Shown: positions 37,588 through 40,371 of the stretch, in pieces
How the letters are laid out: the number at the start of each line of letters is the position of its first letter
How positions within the stretch are numbered: position 1 is the stretch's first letter
Program-made: the position numbers and the translations under genes
NCBI GenBank assembly: GCA_001774495.1
Contig: MFAE01000002.1
Span: 1 to 40,371 of the forward strand
From: Candidatus Campbellbacteria bacterium RIFOXYC2_FULL_35_25
GTDB taxonomy: Bacteria; Patescibacteriota; Minisyncoccia; Phycocordibacterales; UBA12079
Reading direction: 5' to 3'
DNA length: 40,371 bases
Notes under the pieces: model-generated
What the model was told of the DNA's origin: nothing
Databases searched by the model: none
The model's input: the letters and a program-made list of their open reading frames with translations, nothing else

Positions 37588-37793
37588 ATGTTAGTTGATT
37601 TAAATTTTTTAAAAGAGTACTATTTTTTGTAGATAGTGGTGGGTTAAAAGTACTTAAATTTTGCTAAAAAGGAGGGCTGAGGTATGTATGGCATCGCAAA
37701 AGGCGCCGTTATAATTGCTCTTCTTTTTAATTCTGCTTTTCTTAATGACCGCGAGAGAGAGAAGAAGGAAGTTTTTTGGTTAATGCTGGTTTA

Positions 37794-37989
37794 ATGAAGG
37801 TTTATGAAACACAACAAGCGTCTGCTGTTGAGAAAAGCAACATACCATGTCCCAGATGTTTCGTGGGGAGAATCGCTTACCACAAAAATAGAAACTCTCT
37901 GAGGGAGAGTAACAAATTACTGCAGTTGCAGTAATCCAAAATGTCGGCGGAATGAAGAGGAAAAAAAGTATGTAGTTTTTTTGGGTTAG
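37794..37989 (+). pseudogene. Possible frameshifted Zn-ribbon gene remnant
   Basis: CPRC in one frame and CSNPKC in the adjacent frame. Confidence 0.3.
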
Positions 37990-38080
37990 GGCAGGGGTCG
38001 CGAGACCCATGTTTTTCATTCTATTAATACTCTTAAAAAACCTGCTATAATAATACTATTATAAATTTAAATATTTTTTT

Positions 38081-39076
38081 ATGGATTTTTTAAATAAATT
38101 TGACCTAAAGTCTATTCCTATTTTTAAGATTTTAGGAATTGGACTCCTTGGGATTGTTTTCCTTACCGTAGCCATATCTTTTATTGGTTTTGGTTTTCGA
38201 ACAGCTTTTAATGGAAGTACCGGCTATAGCAGTGACTCCTCTTCGTCTAATAGCGGAATGATAGCTCCTTCAAGTTTGTCAGTAAGAAACGTTGCTACTG
38301 AAATGGCTCAGGATAGCAGTGTCGGGATGTATGATGAAAAAGATTTTGAAGTTACTGAGTATTCCGCCGTTATTAAGACGGGGAAGTTTAAAAAGACCTG
38401 TTCCAATGTGGAAGTTTTGAAAGGTCTAGACTATGTTGTTTTTGAGAGTAGCAACAAAAATGATACAAGCTGTTACTATACTTTTAAGGTTAAGAACGAT
38501 AAGGCCGATGAGGTATTAGGTGTGATTCAAGGACTTAAACCAGAGTCTTTACAAACAAATAAATTTACATTGAAAAACGTTATTGACGACTATACAAGCG
38601 AGATTGAAATCTTAACTAAAAAATTAGCCTCCGTTGAAAAAACCTTAACGGACGCTCAGAGTGCGTATGATCAAGTTACCGTTCTTGCAACAAGAAATCA
38701 GGATGTTGCAAGTTTGGCTAAAATAATTGAAAGTAAAATACAGTTAATCGAAAGATTGACACAAGAGAGGCTTAATACTAAAGAAAGAATAGACCGACTT
38801 AATCAAAGCAAGGCCGAACAAATTGATAGAGTGGATTATACTCTGTTTAGTGTTAGCGTTTACGATATTGTTATCTTTGATTTGAAGCAAATAAAAAACT
38901 CTTGGGTTTACGAATTGAAACAATTTGTGAACGAGTTTAATTCAATGATTCAGAATATTACAGTAGGTTTGGGTACCTATCTTTTCCAGTTGATACAAAT
39001 CATTATTTACCTATTTATTGCATTGTTTGTTGTAAAGTATGGGTGGAAGGCTGTTAAGAAAATTTGGAGAGCTTAA
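38081..39076 (+). CDS. DUF4349-like membrane protein with coiled coil
   Basis: N- and C-terminal TM, central coiled coil, RVDYTLFSV. Confidence 0.7.
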   Translation: MDFLNKFDLKSIPIFKILGIGLLGIVFLTVAISFIGFGFRTAFNGSTGYSSDSSSSNSGMIAPSSLSVRNVATEMAQDSSVGMYDEKDFEVTEYSAVIKTGKFKKTCSNVEVLKGLDYVVFESSNKNDTSCYYTFKVKNDKADEVLGVIQGLKPESLQTNKFTLKNVIDDYTSEIEILTKKLASVEKTLTDAQSAYDQVTVLATRNQDVASLAKIIESKIQLIERLTQERLNTKERIDRLNQSKAEQIDRVDYTLFSVSVYDIVIFDLKQIKNSWVYELKQFVNEFNSMIQNITVGLGTYLFQLIQIIIYLFIALFVVKYGWKAVKKIWRA

Positions 39077-39188
39077 CCAATTAGTGGCGCGGTAGCCTTG
39101 CGGATGTATTAAAAAATAACGTTAGAATAGTGATATTCTAACGTTATTTTTGTGTGAAAAGATTTAATAAACTTACCTTATTTTCTTG

Positions 39189-39216
39189 TTGACTTTTTTT
39201 TTAGTTTGTATATACT
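39189..39216 (+). promoter_or_regulatory. Promoter of the stand-alone 23S rRNA transcript
   Basis: TTGACT-N16-TATACT; boxA-like TTCATTGAAAA near 39405. Confidence 0.55.
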
Positions 39217-39638
39217 AGGTGACATACTTTATATGATAAATAAAGATAACTTTAATAAGCGGAAAAAGTAATAGGCATTTGATATTGTCTGTTAAACTAC
39301 CGCTTTAGTAAGCGGATTTTTTATTAAAATTTTGTTGTTCGTGCTCAGTTTCAGCTTGCTGAAACTGAGCACGGATAGTAAGAAAGAAATGGCGGTAAGA
39401 TAGATTCATTGAAAATTGAATAATCAAAATTCATCCATGGAATCGGATGGGTTTTGTATGGGTCTTTAGTTTTAAATTATTTATAATTTAAGATTTTAGA
39501 TCTGTAGGTAAAATTAACAATTTGTTGTAAAACAAATTGTTGCATAATCACAGAAAAAAGAACCTCGAAAGGTTCGGTGTTTCAGATATTGAATTATCGT
39601 CTGAAACATTTTAAAAAATTGCGTTTTTTAAATTTCCT

Positions 39639-40371
<733 letters not shown>

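Overview
This is an AT-rich bacterial chromosome segment, most consistent with a Patescibacteria/CPR (Parcubacteria-like) genome: rpmD is missing between rpsE and rplO, the ribosomal operons are fragmented, and the 23S rRNA is unlinked and carries an insertion. Genetic code 11 fits. Core content is a spc-operon fragment (rpsN-rpsH-rplF-rplR-rpsE-rplO-secY-adk-map), infC-rpmI-rplT, rpmB, rpsL-rpsG-fusA, tuf-rpsJ and rplC-rplD-rplW-rplB, plus ndk, UDG, creD, a ComEC-like hydrolase, mutM, SOD, pepF and the start of a 23S rRNA gene. The most interesting signals are mostly non-coding. (1) A dispersed family of heptamer-array plus AAATTT/GC-NNN-GC hairpin elements sits at junctions between translation genes, and one copy lies in frame inside mutM. 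(2) A second family of ~125-bp covarying hairpins lies immediately after rpmB, rpsG, tuf and probably rpsJ. (3) A PaaX/Cas2-like gene is bracketed by two related long palindromes next to a hexamer microsatellite. (4) A likely DGR target gene with an adenine-depleted 3' end sits between rpsJ and rplC. (5) Two stand-alone structured ncRNA candidates and an unlisted 28-aa Cys-rich peptide gene are present. All calls come from reading the sequence; no database search was run.
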